A stretch of 64,000 nt of DNA from Octopus sinensis. Lineage: Eukaryota. A program made the position numbers and the translations under genes. Shown here piece by piece: positions 48,680-61,581 of this stretch. The stretch is taken from positions 26,598,001 through 26,662,000 of the forward strand of contig NC_043008.1 in assembly GCF_006345805.1 (NCBI RefSeq), given 5' to 3'. The notes below the pieces were generated by a model, which was not told where the DNA came from, did no database searches, and saw only the letters and a program-made list of their open reading frames with translations. Every line of letters begins with the position of its first letter. Position 1 is the stretch's first letter.

Positions 48680-51600
48680 CATTTAGTAGTTTTATTTTTA
48701 TAACGTGCTTTCACTTCACTACCAAGCGCAGCTCTGTGTGCCTTGGGTATGTGCTGTGATTTGTTGTGATGCTCTGATGGTTACTGTATTGAAAGTGTTC
48801 TGCGTAGGATGTGTGCAGTGCCCAGTAGTGCAATTTTCTGTATGTTATATGTGTTTGTAAGTCCTGGTGTTTTTGCTATGTATTTGTCTGAATATTTTTT
48901 TATCATGCCTAATGCACCTACTATGATAGGAATTGTTTCTGTTTTTAGATTCCACATTCTAGTTACCACTATTTTCAGGTCTTTGTATTTTGAAAGTTTC
49001 TCCATTTCTTTTCGAGAAACGTTGTCATCTGCTGGTATTGATACATCAATTAGAAAGCATTTTTTTATTCATGATCTCTGACAACTATAACTGGTCTGTT
49101 GGCCTTAATTTCTCTATCTGTGTGTATTGGCATATCCCAAAGTATGGTTGCTTTCTCGTTTTCTGTGACCTTTTCTGGTGTGTGCCTATGCCAACTTTTT
49201 TTTGTTGTTATTCCATAATGTTGGCATAGCTTCCAGTGTATGTAGGTCCCAACTCTGTCGTATCTGTGAATATATTCCTTCTTAGCCAGGACTGGGCAGC
49301 CAGAGATAATATGATTTATTGTTTTTTTGTCCATCTCCACATATTCTGCAGTTGTTATATTTCTTTTCATTACATGTTTTTGGCAATTTCTGGTGGGGAG
49401 GCTTTGTTCTTGTGCAGCAATTAAAAATCCCTCTGTCTCTGCTTTGTGTCCTGAGCTTCTCAAACACTGCTGGGATTTTTCTTTGTCTATTTCTTTTGCG
49501 TTTAGTTTAGTCCAGTATTTACCATGAAGGGGCTTTTCTTGCCATCGTTTTATCATGGTCCGTTGCTGTCCTAGTTTTAGTTTTGATTTCATTTGCTTTA
49601 TAGCTTTTATTGTGTTTTCTTCTTCTTCTTCTTCTTCTTCTTCTTCTTCTTCTTCTTCTTCTTCTTCTCTTCTTCTTCTTCATATTTGTTAGGTGGTATG
49701 ATTTCTTGTTTATATTTGTCAGCTTCCTTAAATACTGAGGACAATTTTTGTTTTGCTCGTGTTTTGCTGCTATTTGTATCAGTTTTCCTTGCCTCTGAAA
49801 TAGGTATTTTTGCAGTCCTATGGTGGTTATTTTATAGTAGTTTTCCAGCTTTATAAAGCCTCTACCACCTTCTATACGTTGTATATATAGCCTTTCTATG
49901 TCAGATTTTGGGTGACGCATCCTAGATCCTGTTATTATTTTTCTTGTTTTCTTATCTATTTGGGTTAGTTCATTTAGCATCCAGTTAAGGATATTGTAGC
50001 TGTAAGTGTTAATACCTATTATCTTGTTTTTAGCATTAAGCTCTGTTTTTAGTATTGATCTAACTCATCTATAGTATTCCTTCTTTATTTTCTCTTTCAT
50101 TTGTGTGTGTTGTGTCTTATTAAGTTCATGGATTCCTAAATATTTGTAAGTTTGGCTTTGGTCTAATTCTCTTATTTCATTGGCTTTATCTAGTGTGATG
50201 TTGCTACTCTTAACTAGTTTTCCTCTTTCCAGAGTTACTTTGGTGCATTTTTCTAATCCAAATTTCATATCTATTTCTTTGGTGAATCCATGAACTGTCT
50301 TTAGTAGTGTTTCCAGATGCTTGTCATTTATAGCGTATAGTTTTAGGTCATCCATATATAAAAGGTGGCTGATCATTTTGCCGTAACATTTATATCCACA
50401 TCCAGTTCTATTTATCATATCAGATAGAGGTGACAGTGCCAAGCAGAAAAGGAGTGGAGAGAGCGTATCTCCCTGGAAAATTCGTCTTCTAATGGGGATG
50501 GCTGGCTTTGGTTTTCACAAGTCCCTCTTTTGTTTGGAGCTGTAGCACTGTTTTCCACTTATTCATAGAGTGTCCTATGTATTTTATAATTGTTGGTGCT
50601 ACCTTGTTAATGGCTAGTGTTTCGAGGATCCATGTGTGGGGGATGCTATCAAATGCCTTTCTGTAGTCGATCTAGGCCATACTGAGGCCTTTCTTCTTTC
50701 TGTGGCTGTCTTCAGTTATGGCTTTATTGATCATTAGTTGATCTTTACAGCCATATGAGCCTTTGCGGCATCCTTTCTGCTCTTCTGGAAACAGGTTGTT
50801 TTCATCCAGGTGCTTGTTTAATATTTGTGATATTACTGTAGTGAATGCTTTGTACATTGTAGGGAGACAGGTTATAGGTCTGTAGTTTGCTGGTTTTGCT
50901 GTCTCATTTGATTTGGGAATTAAGATGGTTTTCCCCTTCATGAGCCATTCAGGCATTGTCTCTGGCTCTGCCACTATGTTGTTAAAGTTTTCAGCCAGCT
51001 TTTTGTGCATTCCTGTCAGATATTTCAACCAGAAGTTGGGGATCTTGTCATGCCCAGGTGCCTTCCAGTTGCTTAGTCTTTACAGTGCCTAGGTGACCTC
51101 TTCAGTTGTTATGGGGGTCCAAAGTTGCTCAGATGCTGAGTTTGTTGTTTTAATATTCCTTTTTTTGTTGTTGTTCTTTTGCCGACCATATTTCTTTCCA
51201 GAATTCTTCCACTTCTTCTGCCATTGGTGCTGCAGTGATGTCTATTTTATTTTGCCAAGCTCTTGGTAGAACTTTTTGGGGTTGGAGTTGAACTGTTTGT
51301 TTTGTTCAAAGAAACGTTGGTGTTTCCCATACCGGCGGATCCTTCGTGCTTTGGCAAGGATATCTTGCTTTAGCTTTTCTTTTATCTCAGGTAAATCTTT
51401 TTCTGTGATGTTGTATTAGCACAGTATTTTTGTTTTCTTTTTGTTGCTTAGTAGCGTTGATTGTCTACTGATTTCATTAAGAATCAACAGATCTTTTCTC
51501 CTTTTTTGTATTTTTTTATGCTATTTATCCACAGGGTTTGTTTAGGTGGTGATACTCCTGTTTGGATGGGTTTGAGTGAGTATCCAGCTTCTTTTGTGGC

Positions 51601-52099
51601 TGAAGTGGCTGCTGCATATACTAAGTCATTTAGCTCAGTAATATCGCTTTTTCTTTCAGTGGCTATTAGTTCTGTGATGGCTAGGTTTATGTTGTTTATA
51701 ATAGATGTTGTTGTTTTGTCTATTTTTATTTTTGGGAGGTATGGTTGGTGGTCCATTTTGAGATCTGTGTTTTTCAATTCTTTGATTATACTACTTTTTA
51801 TAGTATCATAATCATTAGGCTCCCCTTCGTTGATTCCATGTTTTAAATTTGTGTCGCTTTCTTTCTCATTTCTATGTTTGTCTGTTGTGTTTTGGCTTGC
51901 TGCTTCTCGTGCATTATTATGCATCCTTACGGTCTGGGTTTGTTGTTTTTTGTTTACATCGTTTTTGTCGGAAATGTTACGTTTGTCTTCGTGTTTTACT
52001 ATCTCAGTGTTTATGCTATTTGGCCTTGTTGTGTGGCTTCTATCTACATTTTCCTGATGTATTTTTTCTAATTTCTATTTCCGATATTTTTTTGTGTTG
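48680..52099 (-). mobile_element. R4/Dong-clade RLE LINE, 5'-truncated, flanked by (TAA)n on both sides
   Basis: NWKAPG, KTILIPK, NYRPITCL, QKGCRKG, YMDD, YKYLG, AQEQSL, CR.C...INHIISGC knuckle, RP(V)IVV...FLIDVSIP, IGALG, ILRRTLSIQ*; tracts at 48624-48679 and 52100-52125; in-frame (GAA)n expansion at about 49615-49680. Confidence 0.92.
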
Positions 52100-52125
52100 T
52101 TATTATTATTATTATTATTATTATT

Positions 52126-52294
52126 TTGTATTATGAATTCAGATTTAATTTCCCAATCAAAGAATAAATTGTATCCCGATTGAAGAATAAATTGAATTTA
52201 AAATAACAAATTTCTATACATATATTGCTTTTTTCTTCCAATTAATAGATAAGGAACAATTTCATTCCAGGGCAATGCTGGGTGCCTCTGCTAG
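52126..52294 (+). mobile_element. Helitron 3' terminus
   Basis: GC-rich short hairpin ggca-atgctggg-tgcc followed by CTAG (52291-52294) then T. Confidence 0.65.
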
Positions 52295-52319
52295 TATGTT
52301 AGTATATGTATATATGATA

Positions 52320-52880
52320 TGATGATGGCTGCCCCCTCGTTATCAAGCTTGGCCATTGCACGAGGCTTAACTGTTATTGGTGCTATGATTGAATGTGACT
52401 TTTAGCCCAGCTAAAGATCTACAATGTCTTGTACAGAATTAGCAGCTAAAACCTTTTCCAGCAATAGCCGGCTGTAGTTGTAACTGAGCTTCATGTACCT
52501 TTGCATGTCGTTTAAGTCCTCCTGCCAAATTACACTCTCTTCCACATGCTGACAGATATGAATAATATGGTGTGTAACACCACCACCAGTGGCCAGGTTG
52601 TCACTCATCTGTCTCATTTTTTGACTACAAAGATGACTCTTGAGTCCAGCTTTACTGAACAGGGTTTTGGACAAGGTCTTGCATGTCAGCATCATAAGAA
52701 GACCTTCCCCATCTGGAAGTGTAACAGCGATGCCCTTCCTGACATTCCTCCTTACTTGCTCATGCACAACTCGAGATCTCTCAAAAGTAGCTGTCCCCTC
52801 GTGCACAATTCTTCTCCACCTGCTACGATCAATAGCTATTCCCTCCCATGTGTCAGGAGAGATGCAAGCATCTCTTAAGA
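52320..52880 (-). mobile_element. RTE LINE 3' fragment with two decayed C2H2 motifs
   Basis: DTWEGIAIDRSRWRRIVHEG...CKTLSKTLFSKAGLKSHL...ICQHV; tail gataacgagggggcagccatcatc. Confidence 0.75.
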
Positions 52881-52997
52881 TATATGTATATATATATATA
52901 TATGTATATATATGTGTGTGTGTGTATGTGTGTGTGCATATATATATATATACATACACACACACATATATGTATATATATATATACATATATATAG

Positions 52998-54852
52998 GAG
53001 CTGAAGTGGTAAGTAGCTTGCATACCTACCACATGGTTCTGGGTTTAGTCCCACTGCGTGGCACTTTGGGCAAGTGTTTTTACTATAGCCCCGGGCTGGC
53101 CAAAGCCTTGTGAATGGATTTCATAGATGCAACTGAAAGAAGCCTGTGATATATATATATGTATGTATGTATGTATACATGTGACATGACATGATATTCG
53201 CCGCCTGCCAGCTCCAGGAGAAATGCATGGAGCAGCATCTTGACCTCTGCATGACCTTTGTTGACCTCACCAGGGCTTTCGATACACTCAGTCAGGAGGG
53301 ACTCTTGAAGGTCAGGGGAAAATTTGGTTGCCCCAGCAAATTTATTGCAATTTTCCGCCAGTTCCACGACGGAATGACATCCAGAGTCCTTGATGACGGC
53401 AACTCATCTGAAGTCTTGCAGGTGACCATCGGAGTCAGGCAGGGCTGTGTCCTGGCCCCAACACTGTTCAGCATCATGTTCTCGGCAATGCTGTCCAACG
53501 CCTTTAGGGACTGCAAGTCCGGTATCGACATCGGACGGTACAGGACGGACGGGAAATTTTTCAACTCCAGAAGATTGCAGGCCGTCACAAAGGTGAGGGA
53601 GACAGTCGTCAGAGACTTTCTCTTTGCTGACGACTGCGCCCTTAACGCAATCGATGGGCAGGAGATGCAGCTCGGGATGGACAGGTTCTCATCAGCCTGT
53701 GACAACTTCGGTCTCACCATCAGTGCCAAGAAAACCGAAGTGATGTTTCAGCCAGCCCCCGGCAAACAATACCATGAACCTCAGATAAAGGTGAATGGAC
53801 GGATCCTACGAGCGGTGGAAAACTTCACCTACCTGGGCAGCACTCTCTCCTGCAATGCCAACATAGGTGCTGAAATCATCAACAGAATCTCCAAGGCAAG
53901 CAGCGCGTTTGGGAGACTGTGAAAGAAAGTCTGGGAGCGGAGAGGAATCAGCCTCAATACCAAGCTGAAAGTCTACCGGGCAGTCGTGCTTACCACCCTA
54001 CGGTTGCGAGACGTAGACTGCTTACCGAAGGCACGAGCGCCAGATAAACCACTTCCACCTCAGGTGTCTTCGGAACCTCCTTCACATCCGCTGGCAGGAC
54101 AAAGTCCCAGACACGGAAGTTCTGAAGCAGGCAGATCTCCCTAGCACTATCACGATCATGCGCAAGGCCCAGCTGAGATGGGCAGGCCACGTCTCCCGCA
54201 TGTCTGACACTCGCATCCCAAAACAGCTCTTCTACGGTGAACTCAGCCAGGGCAAATGCAAAGTCGGAGGGCAGAAGAAGCGCTTCAAGGACAGTCTCAA
54301 AGTCTCTCTCAAAGACTTCTCCATCGGCACTGAGACTTGGGAGACACTTGCTGCCGACCGCTCATCCTGGCGCAGCGCAATCACCACAGGAGCAAAGACA
54401 GCCAAGGAGAGACAGATTCAGTCAGCAGAACAGAAACGCCAGATGCGGAAAGCCAGAGCCACCTGCACCAATAGCACAGCCCCTACCCATTTCTGCCCCA
54501 CTTGTGGGAGAGGCTTTCTTGCCTGGATTGGCCTCACCAGCCACCTCCGGTCTCATAGCAGCAATTCCACCAAATGATGTCAATGGTCATCTTCGAACCC
54601 GAAGGACGAACATTATTATTATATGTGTGCATGTATGTATGTATATGTCTTTGTGACTGTGTTTATCTCCCCACCATCGTTTGACAACTTATGCTGGTGT
54701 GTTTACATCTCTGTAACTTACCTGTTCAGCAAAAGAGACTGATCAAATAGGTTCTAGGCTTACAAAGAATACATCTTAGGGCCGATTTGTTCAACTAAAG
54801 GCGGTGCTCCAGCACGGCTGCAGTCAAATGACTGAAACAAATAAAAGAAGAG
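52998..54852 (+). mobile_element. SINE family B split by the RTE insertion (5' half about 52998-53185, 3' half about 54620-54852)
   Basis: Head/CORE block before and tail block after the RTE, each adjoining the central microsatellite. Confidence 0.75.
53188..54612 (+). mobile_element. RTE-clade (BovB-like) LINE, 5'-truncated, young and GC-rich
   Basis: DMIF, FVDLTRAFD, GVRQGCVLAPTLF, FADD, KKTEVM, FTYLGS, QLRWAGHV, CPTCGRGF...LTSHLRSH; nonsense codon at 53920-53922 and a frameshift; 30 of 60 nt are G+C in line 53221. Confidence 0.93.
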
Positions 54853-54854
54853 TA

Positions 54855-55015
54855 AATATATGATGGGCTTCTTTCAGTTTCCGTCTACAAAATCCACTCA
54901 CAAGGCTTTTGCTGGTTTGAGGCTCTAATAGAAGACACATATTCAAAGTGCCACACAGTGGGACTAAACCGGGAACCATGTGGGTGGAAAGCAAGCTTCT
55001 TACCATGCAGCCATA
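54855..55015 (-). mobile_element. SINE family B 5' half
   Basis: cttctttcagtttccgtctac...gggactaaaccgggaaccatgtg. Confidence 0.7.
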
Positions 55016-55019
55016 TGTA

Positions 55020-56390
55020 TATCATAATCATCATCATCATCATGGTTTAACATCCGTTTTCCATGCTGGCATGGTTTGGATTGTTTGACTGCTGTCTAGA
55101 GAGCCAGCGGATGCACCAGGCGCCTATCTGATCCAGCAATGCTTCTACAGCTGGATGCCCTTCTTAATGCCAACCACTCTGAGAGTGTAGTGGGTGCTTT
55201 TTACATGCCACGTGCACAGGAGCCAGTCAGGCTGGCCTGGTATCAATCACATTCAGATAGTGCTTTTAAAGTGTCACCAGCATGGGGGCCAGTCAGTGGG
55301 TACTGGCATTGGTCATGTTCAGATGGTGCTTTTTATGTGCCACCGGCATGCGAGCCATTCAGGGGGCTCTGGCCACAGCTCTGATATTAGTTTTACCTGA
55401 CTCAACAGGTCTTCTCAAGTGCATCAGATTGGCTGACGCATCAGGGGCACCTTTAACTGGGTCGGACATGCATGGCTGCAACCTCACTTTAGTTGCTGAG
55501 TCTTCTCAATCACAGCATATTTCCAAAGGTCTCGGTCTTCTGTTACTGCCTCTGTGAAGCCCAATTTTCAAAGGTCATGCTTCACCACCTCATCCCATGT
55601 CTTCTTGGGTCTATCTCTTCCACAAGTTCCTTTCACAGTTAGGGAGAGGCACTTCCTCACACAACTGTCCTCATTCATACATAGCACATGACCATACCAG
55701 CACAGTTGCCTCTCTTGTATTCCACATTTGATGCTTCTTATGCCCAACTTTTCTCTCAGGGTGCTTATACTCTGTTGTGTCTGCACACTTACATTATACA
55801 TCCAGTCTATTCATGTCTTCAGCAGTCATGGCCTATATTTCACTGCCATGTAGCATGGCAGTTTGCACACATGCATCATACAGTCTACCCTTCACCCTGA
55901 ATGAGAGGCCCTTAGTTGCCAGCAGAGGTAGGAGCTCCCTGTACTTTGCCCAGGATATTTTTATTCTAGCCACTACAATCTCAGAGCAACCACCCCCACT
56001 ACACACTTGGTTACCTAGGTAGCAGAACCTATCTACTTCTACTTTCTTCCCCTGGCATGTGATGGAATCTGTTTTCTGTACAGCTTCAGTGTTTATTGCC
56101 TCTGTGCATCTGCCACACAAAAACTATCTTCCAAATTAACCTTCCTTTGATGTTGCTGCACCTCTTATGTGTCCATAGCTTACACTGGGTACATCATATA
56201 TAGTTTCTCCCTACACCTTTTCTACAGATTGAGCAAGGCCACTTATCTGAAGGGGTTTGTGATTTGACAGCTTTCCTTCTTACTAAGACTTTGGTTTTGC
56301 TAGGTTAACCCTAAGGCCATTCAATTCTGGACCTTGCTTCCACACCCTAAACTTCATCTCTAGTTCTGATAGGTAGATAGATAGATATAA
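55020..56390 (-). mobile_element. RTE LINE 3' part with a PHD-type finger within the RT region and a tandem-repeat 3' UTR
   Basis: GLRVNLA.KTKVL-WPCSICRKGVG-CTQCKLWTHKRC-FVCGRC-FCYLG-AMLHGSE-LCWYGHV-RPKKTW; (GAT)n tail at about 55030. Confidence 0.85.
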
Positions 56391-58089
56391 ATATTGTTCT
56401 TTAACAAGAATAGTTTTGGCTAGGTAAGCCATCATTGAATTCTGATTCATTAAGTTAATTTTGGCTTTATATAGTCTGTTCAGATATAATTTTTCCAGGA
56501 TTTGTGGGGATCAGTTGAATAATAACTAGGTTGTAGCATGGGTTGTGATGGAGAGGTGTTGAGGAAAATTATTTATTGATTAAATCTGTGGTTATGTTTT
56601 TGTTCAGAATTTATTCATGCATGTAGAACTTTATAAACAGGTGTGTATATTTTGGTGTATGGGCTACAGGTCATCGGATTATGTTTTTGGTGTTTCACAA
56701 AAACAAATAGGTAGGTAGGGTTTTGGGCAGTGGATGCATCATTAGTTTTACTAATTTTGGTTTTATTTGGATTTAACCCTTTGCTTTGGCAATGTAAATG
56801 TCAACTCTCAAAGTTTAGTCCAGCATTTAAAAACTTAGTAATTGGATGTGTCAGCTTCTTTTGTAATAGCATTTTTAAGGGTTCCTAAAAGATGTAAGTG
56901 GATGGTATGTTTTAGCTGGTCAGTAAGTTTCTTTACTTGCTGTTGATGTTATTTAGGATATTTCTTGTTTGCAAGAAATCTAGAAGGTAGAGGCTATTAG
57001 TCCCACATCCCATGTGTTTATCTTGTGCTTTGACGTCACAAGAGGATGTGAGTTGGTGTAAAATATATTTCTGTATAGGGTTTCTTAGTTCTACAGGCAA
57101 TTTGATTCGTTAGTAAAAACCTTTGTGTTTTCTGGAGGCAGTGTTTGGGGGTTAAGTGTTAATGAATATTTCTGCAATTTTTTTTTTGTTTGAATGTAGG
57201 TATTTTATAATATATTATTTTAGGCCAGTGGAGATATGCAAACAGGACACTATAAAAAAAAGGATGTATATACTAATGTATAAAAAGGAAATTCCAAAAA
57301 TAACATCCCTCCAGCCTCATTGTGAAGCAAGAGATCTCACTCATGCTTACTTCCGGACTACTTGACATTGTAGGTGAGAGTCTTAGCGGTGTTGTGCAAC
57401 TTGTTATTGACTTTAATTTTCAGTACAAACATTGCTAACAACCATTGTCTCTAACACCTTGGATAAGATAATTTGTTAGTGATGGTCATCTTCTTTTATG
57501 ATTTGACAGCCAGCATGCATGCATGCTTATATGTATGTATGTGTGTTGTATGTATATGTGTATGTATGTATGTATGTATGTATGTATGTATGTATGTATG
57601 TATGTATGTATGTATGCATGCATGTAAGTATGCATGTCCATCCATCCATCTATGTGTATATATATGTATCTTTTGTTAAATTGTAGCAGCATAGAAAATT
57701 AACACCAGCCACAAAAATTAAATGCCAATATTTTGTTGATGAAGACCTTGAGATAAACTGCTTTGTTGGTACTCATGTTTTCACTCTTGCTGTCAGAAAT
57801 GTTGTAAACCAGTGACTAAACTATTAAAGACCTGTAACTTGTTACTTCAGAAATTGTAATATAAAATAAATATAATGTGTGATTTAGTACAATAAACTTC
57901 CTGGCAATCCAGTCATTTTGTTCTTTTTATGTGTTACCAATGTAAATTGCATTTCTCTCAAGTCAAATATTTCCTAGTCTCAGAGTTGCTTTTTTATCAT
58001 AAGAGCTCATAAGATCTCCTTTTGATCTAACATTTCTTATGAAACATTCACTTTGGTTATTTCATAAAAAAAAATTGTTTCAAAACAAG

Positions 58090-58260
58090 CAATGGTATCT
58101 CTTGAGTTTGAAAGCTATGGAATCTTCCATTGGCACATCTTAAAGAAGCCTACCACTGAGCAGTTTCAACTTGAGAAGACTCTTCCTCAAACATCCGAAG
58201 AATGGAATTCTCTGCCTTCTTATTTTCCTTATAACCTTAATTCTAATTAAATGTTTTCCT
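58090..58260 (+). mobile_element. Possible ancient LINE C-terminal fragment
   Basis: TEQFQLEKTLPQTSEEWNSLPSYFPYNL resembles the T...WNSLP end of Jockey/I/L2 ORF2. Confidence 0.35.
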
Positions 58261-61200
58261 TTCTCTTTTATAGCTTTTAACATGCTAAGTGGTTACTTGA
58301 AGCCAGTTCTATTGCTGGTTTCTTATCAACTTGTTGAAAGTGACCTCTCTTAGGAAAAATACATGCAGGGAAAATGTATTTTTGTTCTTATATATGATAC
58401 ATCTGCAATAACTATGTGTGAATATCCTTAGAATGGTCATATTTTAAAAATATTGACTGTAAATATCTGTCATAGTTTGTGCTAGTAGGATCACTCTCCT
58501 TTAAAAATCAAGAGGGCAATCTAAAATTTTATGTAAAATTTATGAAATTTAAATTTCCTGCAAGATAAAGTTCCATTTCCTTAATTCAAAGAATTATGTA
58601 AAAGAAAATACACACACACACAAAAACACTTCAGAAGAAGGAGCATGGTGTTGAAGAAATTTAAGTAGAAAACTTGAGAGGAGGAAGAAGTCAAAAAGTC
58701 ATTTAGATGCTTCACACATCTCTTTAAAAATAATTTTGTTAGAAGCCAAAAGTGGATGGAGTACAATTGTATTACAAGTATAGGAGGAAGTCAAATCAGA
58801 TAAAATCTAGTAATGAGATTAAGAGTAAACCTGCTACAGATAATGTGCGTATGACAAGAGGGGAAGATTGTGGTGGTTGTAGTTTATTGGCAAGATTTTA
58901 GTTGATGAGATTGAATTTAGTAAACTAGGTGATTCCAAAGAATCTTGAACTGTCACAGCAGACATTATTGAATAGCATGGATCATTGGCCTTCTACATAT
59001 CAATGATGACACTGGAAATGCAGTTATGCTTTGACTCATCAAGAACAGAAATGATAAAGGTTAATTTTAAAATATTTCTAGAACAATGAGGTGCTTATCC
59101 TACCAACAAAGAACCACTCAATGAACAACTTTGGCTTGGAATGAAATTGCAGCTCATGGTTAAGAAAGTTACTCACTCCTGACTGATTAATTCCTTTTTC
59201 AAAATATCTACATGTTTATCTGTTGACAGTTATTTTGTGAATTACATGAAGAATGCTAACTAGAGGATGAAGAGTAGATTTCATCTGTGAAAAGCATCTA
59301 AAAGGATTGCTGTTCATGCTTAATTATGATTAGGAGAACTTCAATGTATTAAAAGAAATAGACAGAAATTTATTGTGAAACATATGTGTTTTTAATACAA
59401 TCTTTCAATCATAGAATGAGAAAGGAAAATATGGTGATATCCTGACAGGAATTCTTCATGGCATAAATTTGTTTGCGTCTCGGTACCTGATTATGAAAGA
59501 AAACATTTCAGTGAGATGAATATTCCAATATGGAAAACTTACATGGCTTGCTGAAACCACTGTCACAAAAGAACACCACAGAAATATGGAAAATTATCCT
59601 AGATCCCTGAAGAGATTTTAAATTTATTTTTCAGATTAAAGAGAAGAAAGGTTCTCCTACAATTCCTATTTAGATTATATTAACCATGCTATTTCCATTA
59701 CCAGTGGTAAGAAATTAGTCAGCATGTTAAAACTAGTATTTTCATATTTGAAAATCCAAATAGGTCAAGGCAGACTACACTGAGGATAGAAAAAGAAAAA
59801 ACTGAAAAAAACTTATTGATCACATAAAAAAAAAATACCATTTATGAAAGCAAAGGTGCAGATATAGTGTTCATTCAGGGCAATAATTTATTAAGTAAAA
59901 AATTAAGGAGCTGGACTTATATATTTTGTTAAAGTGATCAAAAATTGTTTTAAATTCAAGTTGTCAGATGTTTAGAGAGGACATAAGTCAATGATGGTAC
60001 AAAAGTCAGTAACAGAGTCTGAGTAAATGAAAGAATCTGAGCTCATAAAGAATTCTGAAATAAAGATAGAGCAGTCACATCACTTGGCATGCTAAAAGTA
60101 GCAGCCAAATCTCCTTCAGATCACAACCTACTGTCTTAAATGAAAGGAAGAATGTAGTTTTACCAGCACAAAATGACAGGATGATCAAAACTGGAACACA
60201 GTTTATCATAGTTTTATTTAATGTTCACCTAATGTTACACAACCACAACAATCAAATGAAGAACATATTTTAGTCATCTTGCAAATCACACTGAATTGTT
60301 TTCTATAAGTCTTACTTAAAGAGCCTGATACTAATATAATTAATATTTTTCACTTCCTTGTGAATGCCCATTAATATTTAGTATCCAGTTTAATTAGAGA
60401 GATTCAGAAATTACAAAAGAACATTTTATGAAAATATTGCATGAATATTTTTGCTAACTTATATATTTTGAAAAAAAATTTTTGTTTCAAATGAAATATG
60501 TCTATACGTTTTTAATCATGCAATTTTTACAGAATTTTGATATAAGTACTTTTCTCTTCATTTTATGAGTTTGTACATCATATGGGAATAGCTGAAGGCT
60601 AGAGATCTTTATAAGAATATGTATGATAATATTTCTGCAATTAAAATATTATTTGATAATATTGAGGGAAGAAAATTGCATTAATGGTTGTTTAAAAAAT
60701 AGCGTAACTTTTTAAAATGTTGACAACAATTTACTAAACATGATTATATGTAATATACATTTTCCCTTATTAACTGATATCATTACAATATCCTTATATT
60801 TTTATTTTTGATTTTATTCCTCTCAATTCATTATAATATTCGTATTTAATTTACCTTTATAGTAATTAAAAGGGAAAGAAAATTGAATATTTCTATATCA
60901 TTTTTATTTTTATTTTTAATGGCCATTTCTGGTTATTTGGCTAGAATATTCAATAACAGCCAATTTGTATCATATTAATAAAATGAGTTACTAGTGTAAG
61001 TATTTTATTAATATTTCTGTCAGCAAATTAATAAATATATATTTATAATTTTTATAGTTTCCTGAATTATATCTTTTAAACTACAATTTTCACTATCAGA
61101 TTGCATCTGCTTCATTCGCATTTTCTTTTAAATAAAATTAGTTGCAAAAGGAATCTCAAGTTAAATTTACAGGAATTCTGATGCTTTACTGACTGAGCCA

Positions 61201-61362
61201 TGCAAATAAACATCTATGTAGATATTTGATCCACTTAATCTTCCTGCTAAACATCCCCATAACTCTTTCTTGTTATCAAGATAAACACCATGTTTCCATG
61301 AAAATGCTAAACATTCTGATTGCTTCAATCATTTAGATATCACCAGGCATTAGGCTGTTTAA

Positions 61363-61581
61363 CCCTTTAGCATTCAGATTATTCTGTCAAATGTAATGCT
61401 TATTTATTCACATTGTTTTGAATTAATCTGGTATTATCATCTGCTTTTGGGGGTTTTAATGATGTTATTGTTTACTTTAGAACGACATGGTAGGGTAGGT
61501 GTGAGAGGTTGCAACTGACCAGTTTGAATGTAAAACAAGCAGAATATTTGGGTCAGATATAGCTGGTTTGAATGTAAAGGG
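61363..61581. mobile_element. piggyBac-type MITE
   Basis: TTAA|CCCTTTAGCATTCA ... TGAATGTAAAGGG|TTAT. Confidence 0.8.

Noticed and set aside
61168-61330. Minus-strand open stretch of about 50 codons (SWKHGVYLDNKKELWGCLAGRL...)
   Set aside because: No polypyrimidine acceptor and no start codon; the length is attainable by chance
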